A DNA stretch of 64,000 bases. It comes from an uncultured Actinomycetota bacterium. GTDB lineage: Bacteria > Actinomycetota > Actinomycetes > S36-B12 > UBA10799. The stretch covers positions 50,505 to 114,504 of the forward strand of contig CAVSZD010000010.1 of assembly GCA_963732355.1 (NCBI GenBank), written 5' to 3'. The translations under genes were made by a program, and so were the position numbers. Each line of letters begins with the position of its first letter. The stretch's first letter is position 1. Positions 8,072 to 17,258 of the stretch are shown in pieces. The notes beneath the pieces are model-generated. The model did not search any database. It was not told where the DNA came from and saw nothing but the letters and a program-made list of their open reading frames with translations.

Positions 8072-9661
8072 CTACAACGTCGCGACGAAGACGTCCCAGG
8101 CGCCGTTGGTGTCCCCGGCGACGAGGTCGGGGTAGGTGGACACGAATGCCACGCGGGTGCTGTCCGGAGACCAGGCGGGGGCTTTCGCCTCGTAATAGAC
8201 CGATGAGGCGCAGTAGGTCTCGCCACTCTCCTCGTCGAACTCGTAGCTGCTGCATACGGTCCCGTGTGTCGGGTCCGCCAGCTGCGTGACTGCGCCGGTG
8301 ACCAGGTTCTTGACCAACAGGGTCGACGGCCCGGTGCCGCTGGACACGAAGGCGACCTTCTGACCGTCCGGTGACCACACTGGGTCGTTGGCGGCCCACA
8401 GGCTCTGCTCGCCCGTGGAACCGGTCGAGACCCGCTGGCCAGTGGTTGTGTACACGTCGGCGGCCTCGTTGGTGTCAGTGGGCACAAGGGCGGCGCTGGT
8501 GGCGTAGGCGAGTGCGCCGGTGGGACTCCAGGTCGGCGGGCCCCACACGCCGTGGTCGGTCGTGGCCGCGGTGACCGACGCGCCTGTGTCGGTGGCCGTG
8601 AAAACGTCGTAGTTGCGGTCGTACAAGTAGGTGGCGGGGTTGAAGGTCTCAGAACCCGCGGTGAAAGCGATCCTGCCGTCAGCCGACCAGCGCGCCCCCT
8701 CGCTGCGATCCCCAGTGCCGGTCCGCGAGAGGGAACCGCCGACCAGGGTCTTGAGGTAGAGGTCACCTGAACCCACGGCGAGGTTGGTCGCCGTGGAGCG
8801 GAACAGCACCTTGGTATTGCCCGGCGACCACTGCGGGTCGTGGGCGGCCGCAGGAGAACCGGTCATGTTGGCGCCGGCCTGCGTCTGTGACACCCGCTGC
8901 GGGTTCGTCCCCGTGGCGGAGACCACATATACGTCCTTGTTGGTGTCGGTGTCGCCGATCACCAGTTTGATCGTCGTCGTGAATGCGATCCGGGCGCCGT
9001 CCGGCGACCAGGCCGGTTCGCCGCCCCAGTTGTAGATGTCGTCCATCCGGGTGTTGGGCACCCTGCTCACCACACCATCGCTCTGATGGGCCTTGTAGAT
9101 GTAACACCAACTGTCGGCAGTGCCGTTGAGATTCGTGGCGCAGGAACTGAACGCCACGTACTGCCCGTCCGGGGACCAGGTCGGGCTCAGGGACTGCTTG
9201 TCCCCAGCGGTGCCAGCCGGGGTCCTGGACACCAGCGCAATGGATGAAGGGGCAGAGGTGACCGGGAACGGCTTCTCAGGCAGATCTGTCGTGTCAACTG
9301 GCGGGACAGGCGGTTGTGGTGGCGCGGCGTACATGATCCGGACTCGGGCGCCCTTTCGCTTGGTAACCCTCACCTTGTTCGGGCGCGCCGTGGCCTTCCA
9401 GATGCCGTCCGAAAGGGTCAACTTTCGGGGGAGGACCCGGTACGTGCCGGGCTTGAGATGACGCACTGTGCGATTGCCGTGAGTCTTCACTGTCTTGCGA
9501 GACTTCTTGGGGCCTTTGAGCGCGATCGTGACCTTTGCTGCTTTCGGCACACCCTTGACAGTGAGCACGATCGTGCGTCCCGGCGGCGGGGCTTTGGCCA
9601 CTGCTGGAGTGATCGGACTGACAAGCGCGAGCACTGCGATCGCGGCGATCCCACGCAACAT
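8072..9661 (-). CDS. secreted PD40/TolB-like beta-propeller repeat protein
   Basis: A signal peptide is present (MLRGIAAIAVLALVSPITPAVAKA), followed by a basic N-terminal domain. There are about seven WSPDG-type repeats (WSPDGQYVAFSS, AWSPDGARIAFT, VWSPDGQKVAFVS, AWSPDSTRVAFVS ..). Confidence 0.75.
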   Translation of the reverse strand: MLRGIAAIAVLALVSPITPAVAKAPPPGRTIVLTVKGVPKAAKVTIALKGPKKSRKTVKTHGNRTVRHLKPGTYRVLPRKLTLSDGIWKATARPNKVRVTKRKGARVRIMYAAPPQPPVPPVDTTDLPEKPFPVTSAPSSIALVSRTPAGTAGDKQSLSPTWSPDGQYVAFSSCATNLNGTADSWCYIYKAHQSDGVVSRVPNTRMDDIYNWGGEPAWSPDGARIAFTTTIKLVIGDTDTNKDVYVVSATGTNPQRVSQTQAGANMTGSPAAAHDPQWSPGNTKVLFRSTATNLAVGSGDLYLKTLVGGSLSRTGTGDRSEGARWSADGRIAFTAGSETFNPATYLYDRNYDVFTATDTGASVTAATTDHGVWGPPTWSPTGALAYATSAALVPTDTNEAADVYTTTGQRVSTGSTGEQSLWAANDPVWSPDGQKVAFVSSGTGPSTLLVKNLVTGAVTQLADPTHGTVCSSYEFDEESGETYCASSVYYEAKAPAWSPDSTRVAFVSTYPDLVAGDTNGAWDVFVATL

Positions 9662-9765
9662 GGCGTCCACCTCCCGTCCCCCTGGACGGCGGTCGCCTGA
9701 CGCTGCTGCGGCACGCGACCGCATCTCAAGTCTACGCGCGAAAGGCCCCGGCGTACCCTGAGGCG

Positions 9766-11091
9766 GTGACCGCCGAACACCCCGCCGCTGAGTTCGAGGC
9801 GGTGCATCGGGCTCTGCTCGCGCGCTGGCCCGAGCACAAGATCGCCCCTGACCTCAGCCGCGAGCAGCGTCTCTGCGACCTGCTTGCCGACCCGCAATTC
9901 ACCTCATCGGTGATCCACATCGCCGGAACCAACGGCAAAACCAGCGCGGCCCGGATCATCGAGAGCCTCTTGCGGGCGATGGGTCTGCGGACCGGACTGA
10001 TGACCAGCCCGGCGCTGCGCGACCTCACCGAGCGGCTGGAGGTGGACGGCCAGCCGGTGTCCACCGAGCAGTTCGTGGAGGTCTATCGCCAGATTGAGCC
10101 GTACCTGCAGATGGTGGACGCCGAATCGGTGGCTGCCGGGGGTCCGCTCATGACGATGTTCGAAGTGATCACCGGCATGGGGTACGCCCTTTTCGCGGAC
10201 GCACCCGTGGATGTGGCCGTCGTGGAGACCGGGATGGGCGGACGCTGGGACGCGACGAATGTCAACAAGGCTGACGTTGCGGTCATCACCCCGATCGGGA
10301 TGGATCACACCGACTACCTTGGCGGCACCTTGGCGCAGATCGCCTCCGAGAAGGCGGGGATCATCAAGCCCGGCGCCACCGTAGCTCTGGCCCAACAGGA
10401 GCCCGAGGCCCTTGCTGTGCTCATGCAGGCCGCCGACGACGCTGGAGCCCGCGTACTGCTTGCTGGGCTGGACTACGAATTGGTCGCACGCGGACTGGCC
10501 GTCGGGGGGCAGGTGGTCACGATCCGGGTTGCAGACCATGTCTATGAAGAGGTCTTCCTCTCACTGCATGGCCGGCATCAGGCGGACAACGCGGCGCTGG
10601 CGCTGGCGGCAGTCCATGCCTTCCTGGACCGGCTGCCCGAGCCTGAGATCGTGGCTGAAGCTCTGGGCTCGGTGCACTCGCCGGGCCGTCTGGAGGTCAT
10701 CGGGCGCCACCCCCTCACGCTGGCCGACGCGGCCCACAACCCCCATGGGATGCATGCCACGGCGGTGGCAGTCGCGGAGTCGTTCCAGTTCAACCGGCTG
10801 GTGGCCGTCGTGGCGATCCTCGGTGACAAGGATGTCGACGCGATGCTGTCGTCACTGGCCGTGGTGGTCGACGAGATCGTGGTGACGCACAACGACTCCC
10901 CGCGTTGCCTGCCCAGTGAGCAGTTGGCCGAGCTGGCTGGCCAGCACTGGGGTGCGGCCAACGTCCACGTCGTCGACGACTTCGCCTCGGCCATGGAGGA
11001 GGGCCGGCGGCTGGCCGGACCGGACGGGTGCGTCGTGGCGACCGGATCCGTGGTCACGGCCGGCATGGCCCGCAGCTGGGCCCGCTCATGA
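9766..11091 (+). CDS. folC: bifunctional folylpolyglutamate synthase / dihydrofolate synthase
   Basis: The Mur-ligase P-loop HIAGTNGKTS is present. FolC-type blocks are present, and the valS-folC-DUF4233-ndk synteny is typical of actinobacteria. Confidence 0.85.
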   Translation: MTAEHPAAEFEAVHRALLARWPEHKIAPDLSREQRLCDLLADPQFTSSVIHIAGTNGKTSAARIIESLLRAMGLRTGLMTSPALRDLTERLEVDGQPVSTEQFVEVYRQIEPYLQMVDAESVAAGGPLMTMFEVITGMGYALFADAPVDVAVVETGMGGRWDATNVNKADVAVITPIGMDHTDYLGGTLAQIASEKAGIIKPGATVALAQQEPEALAVLMQAADDAGARVLLAGLDYELVARGLAVGGQVVTIRVADHVYEEVFLSLHGRHQADNAALALAAVHAFLDRLPEPEIVAEALGSVHSPGRLEVIGRHPLTLADAAHNPHGMHATAVAVAESFQFNRLVAVVAILGDKDVDAMLSSLAVVVDEIVVTHNDSPRCLPSEQLAELAGQHWGAANVHVVDDFASAMEEGRRLAGPDGCVVATGSVVTAGMARSWARS

Positions 11092-11405
11092 GGGTGATCG
11101 GTTCGGCCACCCTGATCTTCCAGGCGGTGGTTTTCGCCCTGGCGATCCCCGTCGCAGCAGCCCTGCGGCCCGGCTTCGGCGGCTGGGTGGCGGGCGTGCT
11201 GCTGGTCCTGTCGATCATCGGCGCGGCAACCGCTCGCCGCGGAGACATCATCGTGGGCACGACAGTCCAGGTCATCAGCGTGCTGGCCAGTTTCTTCACC
11301 CCGATCGCCATCCCTTTGGCCTTGATCTTCGCAGGGCTGTGGGCGACCGCGGTCTACTACGGACGCAAGGCCGATGCCGCGGACGCGGCCCGTGCGCAGG
11401 GCTGA
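11088..11405 (+). CDS. DUF4233-like small integral membrane protein
   Basis: ATG 11088 overlaps the folC stop (ATGA). The 105-aa product has 3-4 hydrophobic helices. Its conserved position between folC and ndk supports the call. Confidence 0.65.
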   Translation: MRVIGSATLIFQAVVFALAIPVAAALRPGFGGWVAGVLLVLSIIGAATARRGDIIVGTTVQVISVLASFFTPIAIPLALIFAGLWATAVYYGRKADAADAARAQG

Positions 11406-11428
11406 AACCCCGCCTTTACCCTTGACCT

Positions 11429-11839
11429 ATGGCCATCGAACGAACCCTGATCCTTGTCAAGCCCGACGGCGTCGAGCGCAGCCTCGTCGGTGAGGTGCTG
11501 TCCCGCATCGAGCGCAAGGGGTTCACCTTGGTGGCCCTCGAACTGCGCACCCTCGATGTGGAAACCGCCCGCTCCCACTACGGCGAGCACGAGGGCAAGC
11601 CCTTCTTCGCCGACCTCGTTGACTTCATCACCTCCGGGCCACTGGTGGCTGGCGTGATCGAGGGGGAGGAAGCGATCGTTGCTTGGCGCACGATGATGGG
11701 CGCCACCAAGCCCGTCGAGGCGACTCCCGGCTCGATCCGGGCCGACCTCGCCACCGAGATGGGTCGCAACATCGTGCACGGCTCCGACTCCCCGCAGTCG
11801 GCCGCACGCGAGATCGCTCTGTTCTTCCCCGCGCTGTAA
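11429..11839 (+). CDS. ndk: nucleoside-diphosphate kinase
   Basis: [12 protein letters not shown], the active-site NIVHGSDS motif, and a length of 136 aa. Confidence 0.95.
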   Translation: MAIERTLILVKPDGVERSLVGEVLSRIERKGFTLVALELRTLDVETARSHYGEHEGKPFFADLVDFITSGPLVAGVIEGEEAIVAWRTMMGATKPVEATPGSIRADLATEMGRNIVHGSDSPQSAAREIALFFPAL

Positions 11840-11857
11840 GCACGCCAGTTGCAGCAA

Positions 11858-11881
11858 ACCCCACCCGCGTCGTCGTGGGGT
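11858..11881 (+). terminator. weak stem-loop downstream of ndk
   Basis: ACCCCAC/GTGGGGT form a 7-bp stem with a 10-nt loop, 19 nt after the ndk stop. There is no clear U-tract. Confidence 0.25.
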
Positions 11882-11917
11882 CTACGTACGATGAAGCGCA
11901 CATCGGTGGGAGGTTGA

Positions 11918-12964
11918 ATGGCACTGCTGGCGGATTCACGCCCGCGGCCCCGTCTGGGTCTGGGACGCGAACTTGCCATCGACCTCGGCACTTCTCGCAC
12001 CCGTATCTACACCCGAGGCGCCGGCGTTGTCCTGGATGAACCCTCCGTCGTGGCGATCCGTGAGGGGGAGGTCGTGGCGGTGGGGGAGCAGGCCAAGCAG
12101 ATGCTCGGCCGGGCACCCGAGCAGATCGAGGTGATCGAACCCCTTGATCACGGGGTCATCCGTCACTACGACGCCACGGAGCGGATGCTGCGCTACTTCG
12201 TGCAGAGCGCCCACGGCCGGTCCTTGATCAGCCGACCACGCTTGGTGATCAACGTCCCGTCGCATCTCACCGGGGTCGAGCAGCGTGCGGTACGCGACGC
12301 CGCCTACGCCGCTGGTGCCCGCCAGGTGTTCCTGTTGCCCACAGCCCTGGCGGCTGCCATCGGGGCCGAGGTGCCGATCCACGAGACCAAAGGCCACTTC
12401 GTCATGTCCATGGGGGCCGGCTGCACGGAGATCGCGGTGGTGGCGCTGGGCGGGATCGTCTCCGGCGCCAGTCTGCGTCAAGGTGGACGTGACCTCGATC
12501 AGGGCATCATCGACTACCTCGCTGAGCACTTCGACATGCGCATCGGGGAGGTCAGCGCCGAGCAGGTCAAGATCCAGCTGGGTTCGGCCGTGCCCATCGA
12601 AGCCATGCCTGCGATGGCCGTCCACGGGCAGGACACCCGCACCGGTCTGCCCAAGGAGATCGAACTCTCGGCCGCACATGTGCGCAAGGCCTTGCAACGG
12701 CCCATCGAGGAGATGCTGTCAGCGGTGCGCAGGGTTCTTGACGCGACCGCCCCGGAGGTTGCAGGTGATCTGGTGGGGAACGGGCTGGTGATCACCGGGG
12801 GAGCGGCGCTGTTGCAGGGGCTACCGGAGCGACTCGAACACGACCTCGGCCTTCCAGTGCGCCGCGCGGCGCAGGCGGACCTGTGTGTGGTGGACGGGGT
12901 GGGCCGATGCGCGGAGAACATCAACCGTGTCCGGCGTCTGCTGCTCATCGAACCCGCCTTCTGA
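11918..12964 (+). CDS. mreB: rod shape-determining protein MreB
   Basis: Actin-fold phosphate-1 motif LAIDLGTSRTRIY is present, along with VINVPSHLTGVEQRAV, and mreC/mreD follow. Confidence 0.9.
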   Translation: MALLADSRPRPRLGLGRELAIDLGTSRTRIYTRGAGVVLDEPSVVAIREGEVVAVGEQAKQMLGRAPEQIEVIEPLDHGVIRHYDATERMLRYFVQSAHGRSLISRPRLVINVPSHLTGVEQRAVRDAAYAAGARQVFLLPTALAAAIGAEVPIHETKGHFVMSMGAGCTEIAVVALGGIVSGASLRQGGRDLDQGIIDYLAEHFDMRIGEVSAEQVKIQLGSAVPIEAMPAMAVHGQDTRTGLPKEIELSAAHVRKALQRPIEEMLSAVRRVLDATAPEVAGDLVGNGLVITGGAALLQGLPERLEHDLGLPVRRAAQADLCVVDGVGRCAENINRVRRLLLIEPAF

Positions 12965-12968
12965 GCCC

Positions 12969-13688
12969 ATGACCCGTACCCGCAACGTAGTCATGATCCT
13001 CGTCGTCGTCTCACTGGCGCTGATCCTGTGGGACCTGCGGGCCTCTGACACAGCGATGCGGGCCACAGCCCAGTCGGTAGTCACACCTCTGCAGCGCACG
13101 GCCACAGCGGTATTCGCCCCCTTCGGCGCCTGGGCACGCGATGTGGAGCAGTTCTCCGACCCGGCGGCCCGGTCCGCGACGACCGCGAGCATCGCCGTCC
13201 CACCCGGCTGGAACCGCGCAGACGCGAGGGTGGTCGCGGCCGACATCTCCGGGGCGCGAGCCGAGGTCACCATCGACACGGGATCCGACCAGGGTGTGCA
13301 GGTCGGCAATGCGGTGCTCGCAGCGGGCGGGCTGGTCGGCACCGTCACCCGGGTCTCCGCGGATGCAGCCACCGTTCAGTTGGTCGCCGATCCGCGCAGC
13401 GCAGTCGGGGTTCGAGTGCTGCCCAGCAAGGAGATGGGGGTCGCCTCCGGTACCGGCATGGGGACCCCGGTACGCATCGACGTGCTCAACCCTGCGGCTC
13501 GGGTCCAAACCGGAGACCGGGTATTCACGCTGGGATCGACGCTTCGTGACGGGATTCCCGCAGATCTGCAAGTCGGAACCCTGGAAGGCGTCGATCCGCA
13601 GGCGACCTCGGGACGTACGGCCTGGATCGAACCGGTGACCGGCATGACCTCGCTGGACACTCTGGTCGTTCTCACGGAGCGCCGATGA
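12969..13688 (+). CDS. mreC: rod shape-determining protein MreC
   Basis: An N-terminal TM helix is followed by an MreC-like beta domain (..GNAVLAAGGLVGTVTRVSADAATVQLVADPRSAVGVRV..). The start is placed at ATG 12969, 5 nt after the mreB stop. Confidence 0.8.
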   Translation: MTRTRNVVMILVVVSLALILWDLRASDTAMRATAQSVVTPLQRTATAVFAPFGAWARDVEQFSDPAARSATTASIAVPPGWNRADARVVAADISGARAEVTIDTGSDQGVQVGNAVLAAGGLVGTVTRVSADAATVQLVADPRSAVGVRVLPSKEMGVASGTGMGTPVRIDVLNPAARVQTGDRVFTLGSTLRDGIPADLQVGTLEGVDPQATSGRTAWIEPVTGMTSLDTLVVLTERR

Positions 13689-14188
13689 GCGCCCTGGTCG
13701 GAAGTGCCCGGTCGATCCACGCGCCTCGTGCGATCCTGGCGGCCGTCACGTGTCTCACGATCGCCTTCCTGGTGCAGACCGCAGTGTTGCCCGCGCTTGG
13801 GCTCTGGCCGGCTGTGCCGGTGGTGTTGTCGACGGTCTGCCTGCTGTCCTTGGTCCTTGGGAGTCGGTCAGGCGCCATTATCGGGTTCCTCGCAGGTCTG
13901 CTTCTGGATCTGACCTCCAGTGGAGTGCTCGGGGTGGGGGCTCTGATCGGGGCTCTGCTCGGCGCGGCGGTCGGCACGATCCGCACCGACCGCTGGGTCT
14001 GGTCCGGGGCGCTGCGGGTGTGGCTGCTCACGTGCCTGGCCGCTGGCGGTATGCAGTTGATCGACGCGTTGGCGCTGGGTACCGCAGGGTCGCTGTGGAT
14101 CGGCGCACTGTGGACCATCGGCGGTTCGCTGGTCTGCACGGTGGCTCTGCTTCCAGCACGTCGGCGTTTACAGGCGGTCGTACGATGA
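13685..14188 (+). CDS. mreD: rod shape-determining protein MreD
   Basis: A polytopic hydrophobic 167-aa protein. It has an ATGA overlap with mreC and lies between mreC and pbp2. Confidence 0.75.
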   Translation: MSALVGSARSIHAPRAILAAVTCLTIAFLVQTAVLPALGLWPAVPVVLSTVCLLSLVLGSRSGAIIGFLAGLLLDLTSSGVLGVGALIGALLGAAVGTIRTDRWVWSGALRVWLLTCLAAGGMQLIDALALGTAGSLWIGALWTIGGSLVCTVALLPARRRLQAVVR

Positions 14189-16116
14189 CTGAACTCGACG
14201 TTCGAGTCGCCGGCCCCGTCGCGCCGCCGTCACCAGCGCAACGGCGGTTGCGGTTGCTGCGGGTGGTGATCCTGGTCATCGGGCTGACGATCGCCGCGCG
14301 TCTGGTGTGGCTGCAGACAGCCGAATCGACGCAGTACCAGGCCCGGGCGGTGGCGATCCAGACCGATGTTGTGCCCGTCCCAGCCGCTCGCGGGGCCATC
14401 GTGGACCGGACCGGAGCTGTCCTGGCCGGCAACCGGACGACGTTCGAGGTGGTGGTCGATGCCCAGACCGCGCCTGAGGTACTCGCCCGTGTTGCTGAGC
14501 TGTCCGGGACGGCCCCGGCCACCATTGACGACAAGCTTGTGGTGTGCGGACAGCCGGGTTCGAAGCCGGGGGTCTGCTACCGGGGCCAACCAGGCCAACC
14601 CGTGCCGGTGGTCACCGATCTGGACATCCCCGTTGCCCTGGCGATCAGCGACGCGCAACTGCCGGGTGTCGAGGTGCGCCAGTCGGCGGTGCGTGACTAC
14701 CCCTCGGCGGCGAATGCCGCGGGTCTATTGGGCTATCTCGACGAGCAGGGCGGCGCCGCAGGCCTTGAGGCGCAGTACGACCGCGCGCTGCAGGGGACAC
14801 CCGGCAAGTCGGCGCTGGCCGTGGACCGGGAAGGCGGTTCAAGGCGCGAGATCGTCGAGGAACCGGTCGCCGGGGCCACGTTGGTCACTTCCCTGGACAT
14901 CCAGACCCAAGTGGTCGCTGAGCGCGCGCTGAAGCAGGCGGTCCAGCAGGCGCGTTCCGAGGGCTACAAGGCCACCGGTGGTTCGGTGGTCGTGATGGAC
15001 GCCCGCGACGGCGCGATCCGCGCAATGGCCTCCTATCCGACCTACGACCCGAATATCTGGGCCCGCGGAGTCACCCAGGACGAGTACGCCGAACTGACCG
15101 CCAAAGGTGCTGGGCGGCCGCTGGTCTTCCGGCCGATCCAGGCGCTGGCCCCACCTGCATCCACCTTCAAGTCGTTGACCACGCTGGCTGCCGCCCGGGC
15201 CGGTTTCGACCTGTCGGGCACCTACGACTGCCCGTCTGCGGTCGTGGTCGGGGGGCAGGTCTTCCGCAACTACGAGAGTCGCGCCTATGGCCCGGTCTCC
15301 CTGGCGCAGGCGCTCTCCGTCTCCTGCGACACTGTCTTCTACCGGCTGGGCTACAAGATGTGGAAGCGCGACGGGGGGCTGTCCGGTGACACCGCCCGCG
15401 AACACGTGGTGCGCACGGCGGCGGGGTTCGGTTACGGCTCCCAGACCGGGATTGACCTGCCCGGCGAGGTGTCCGGGGGGATCCCCGACCGGGCGTCGAT
15501 CCAGGCGCAGTACGAGCAGCGCAAGGACGACTACTGCTTGCGTGCTCGTAACGGCTACCCAGAGGAGACCAACAAGGCCCGTGCCCGCCTGCTCAAGGCG
15601 TACGCCCGGGACTATTGCAGGTCTGGCTTCGAGTACCGCGCCGGGGATGCGTTGAACACAGCGATCGGTCAGGGTCGCACGCTGACGACACCCCTGCAGG
15701 TAGCGAGGGCCTATGCCGCCATCGCCAACGGTGGCTGGCTGGTCACACCCCACATCGGCACCGGGTTGCGAGGCCCGGACGAGGTGCTTGACGTCGACGC
15801 TCCACCAGGACAGCGGGTGCCTGACGATCCTGCCTCGCTCGCGTTCGTCCGGCGGGCACTTGCCACAACGACCGTGACTGGAACGGCCAGTGGCGCCTTC
15901 GCGGGTTTCCCGCTGGAGGAGTTCCCGGTGGCTGCGAAGACTGGTACAGCCGAGGTCGCCGGACGGCAGTCGACCTCCTGGTTCGCCAGTTTCGCACCGG
16001 CCGATGACCCGCAGTACGTCGTGGTGGTCAACGTGGACCAGGGCGGTCTGGGAGCGGCTACCTCCGGTCCGGTCGCACGTGCGGTGTACGAGCAGATCTT
16101 CGGGATCACGCAGTGA
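14185..16116 (+). CDS. mrdA: penicillin-binding protein 2 (elongasome transpeptidase)
   Basis: ATG 14185 overlaps the mreD stop. There is a TM anchor, the transpeptidase SxxK motif (ASTFK) and KTGTAE. The upstream part of ORF 13750.. overlaps mreD and is not coding. Confidence 0.85.
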   Translation: MTELDVRVAGPVAPPSPAQRRLRLLRVVILVIGLTIAARLVWLQTAESTQYQARAVAIQTDVVPVPAARGAIVDRTGAVLAGNRTTFEVVVDAQTAPEVLARVAELSGTAPATIDDKLVVCGQPGSKPGVCYRGQPGQPVPVVTDLDIPVALAISDAQLPGVEVRQSAVRDYPSAANAAGLLGYLDEQGGAAGLEAQYDRALQGTPGKSALAVDREGGSRREIVEEPVAGATLVTSLDIQTQVVAERALKQAVQQARSEGYKATGGSVVVMDARDGAIRAMASYPTYDPNIWARGVTQDEYAELTAKGAGRPLVFRPIQALAPPASTFKSLTTLAAARAGFDLSGTYDCPSAVVVGGQVFRNYESRAYGPVSLAQALSVSCDTVFYRLGYKMWKRDGGLSGDTAREHVVRTAAGFGYGSQTGIDLPGEVSGGIPDRASIQAQYEQRKDDYCLRARNGYPEETNKARARLLKAYARDYCRSGFEYRAGDALNTAIGQGRTLTTPLQVARAYAAIANGGWLVTPHIGTGLRGPDEVLDVDAPPGQRVPDDPASLAFVRRALATTTVTGTASGAFAGFPLEEFPVAAKTGTAEVAGRQSTSWFASFAPADDPQYVVVVNVDQGGLGAATSGPVARAVYEQIFGITQ

Positions 16117-17258
16117 CGACCGCGACGCAGACCCGCGGTACGCAGAGGCTGGTCCAGGCGCGCTTCGACGTCCGACTGCTGGCCAGTGCGGTCTGCTTGA
16201 GCCTCATCGGCGTGGTCATGGTGTACTCCACAACCTGGGGCAGGCTGGTGGCCGATGGAGACCCGAGCGCCTACTTCGCCACCAGGCAAGCCCTGTTCAT
16301 CGTGCTAGGGATGGTGGCGGCCTGGGTCGTGTACCGCCTGGACCGTCCAGCCCTTCTGGTCCTTGCCGCGGTTGGTTATGCAGGCAGCCTGTTGGGTCTG
16401 CTGGCTGTGCTGTCCCCGCTGGGCACGACCGTCAATGGCACCCGGGCGTGGCTGACCCTGCCCGGGGGGTTCACGCTGCAGCCCGCGGAGTTCGCCAAGG
16501 TCTTCGTCGTACTGCTGGCCGCGGTCTGGCTGGCGGACCGCTCAGGAGTGCGGGGTCTGGGTGATCCGCCGGAGCCGACGGCGGTGCTCGGCGTTCTCGG
16601 TGCGACCGGTTTGGTGTGTGCGCTGCTTCTTCTGCAACCCGACCTCGGATCGGCCCTGGTCACCGCCGCAGCGGTCCTGGGCGTGCTGTTCGTCTCCGGA
16701 GTCCGCAGACGGTTCCTGCTCGTGCTTATGGGCGCCGGGGTGGCGGCGGGCGTGGGTGCTTACGCCGCAGGAGTGCTGGACGCCTACCAGGTAGCCCGCT
16801 TCACAGCCTTCCTCGACCCAGCCGCGGATCCGCAGGGGGTCGGCTACAACGTGCAACAAGCGCTCATCGCAATCGGTACCGGAGGGGTGAGCGGGCAAGG
16901 ACTGCTGGAGGGTGCCCACACCCAAGGTGCCTTCGTGCCGTACCAGTACACCGACTTCATCTTCTCGGCCATTGGTGAGGAGTTGGGGATGATCGGGGGC
17001 CTGCTGGTCATCGGATTGTTCGTGGTGTTGCTCTCGCGCGGGGTGCAGGCCGGGCTCACCGCCTCGGACCGGTTCGGGGTGCTCGTCGCCACCGGGATCG
17101 TCTGCTGGCTGGCGGCCCAGGGGTTCGAGAACCTCGGCATGAACGTGGGCCTGCTGCCCGTCACCGGTGTGCCCCTGCCGCTGGTCTCGTACGGCGGTTC
17201 CAGCGTGATCGCGGCCTGGGTAGGGGTTGGGTTGCTGCTCAAGGTGTCCCGGCATTGA
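16113..17258 (+). CDS. rodA: FtsW/RodA/SpoVE-family peptidoglycan glycosyltransferase RodA
   Basis: GTGA overlap with pbp2. The product is a polytopic SEDS-type protein with the C-terminal block LPVTGVPLPLVSYGGSS. Confidence 0.85.
   Translation: MTTATQTRGTQRLVQARFDVRLLASAVCLSLIGVVMVYSTTWGRLVADGDPSAYFATRQALFIVLGMVAAWVVYRLDRPALLVLAAVGYAGSLLGLLAVLSPLGTTVNGTRAWLTLPGGFTLQPAEFAKVFVVLLAAVWLADRSGVRGLGDPPEPTAVLGVLGATGLVCALLLLQPDLGSALVTAAAVLGVLFVSGVRRRFLLVLMGAGVAAGVGAYAAGVLDAYQVARFTAFLDPAADPQGVGYNVQQALIAIGTGGVSGQGLLEGAHTQGAFVPYQYTDFIFSAIGEELGMIGGLLVIGLFVVLLSRGVQAGLTASDRFGVLVATGIVCWLAAQGFENLGMNVGLLPVTGVPLPLVSYGGSSVIAAWVGVGLLLKVSRH

Noticed and set aside
5373-8135. Several long ORFs (5373..6488 +, 5428..6735 -, 6600..8135 +, 7142..7966 -) overlapping valS.
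   Set aside because: They are Arg/Pro/Gly/Ala-rich with no motifs. They lie antisense to, or out of frame with, a ValRS ORF that carries clear HIGH and KMSKS motifs. This is the typical stop-codon-poor shadow-frame pattern of GC-rich DNA.
13750-14184. 5' extensions of the pbp2 ORF. The same situation applies to recO (56717-57214), holA (40724-41260), clpP2 (1122-1214), rsfS, leuS and mreC.
   Set aside because: In each case the extension overlaps the preceding gene in another frame and translates to Arg-rich nonsense. A downstream start with a stop/start overlap or a Shine-Dalgarno gives a protein of the expected family length.
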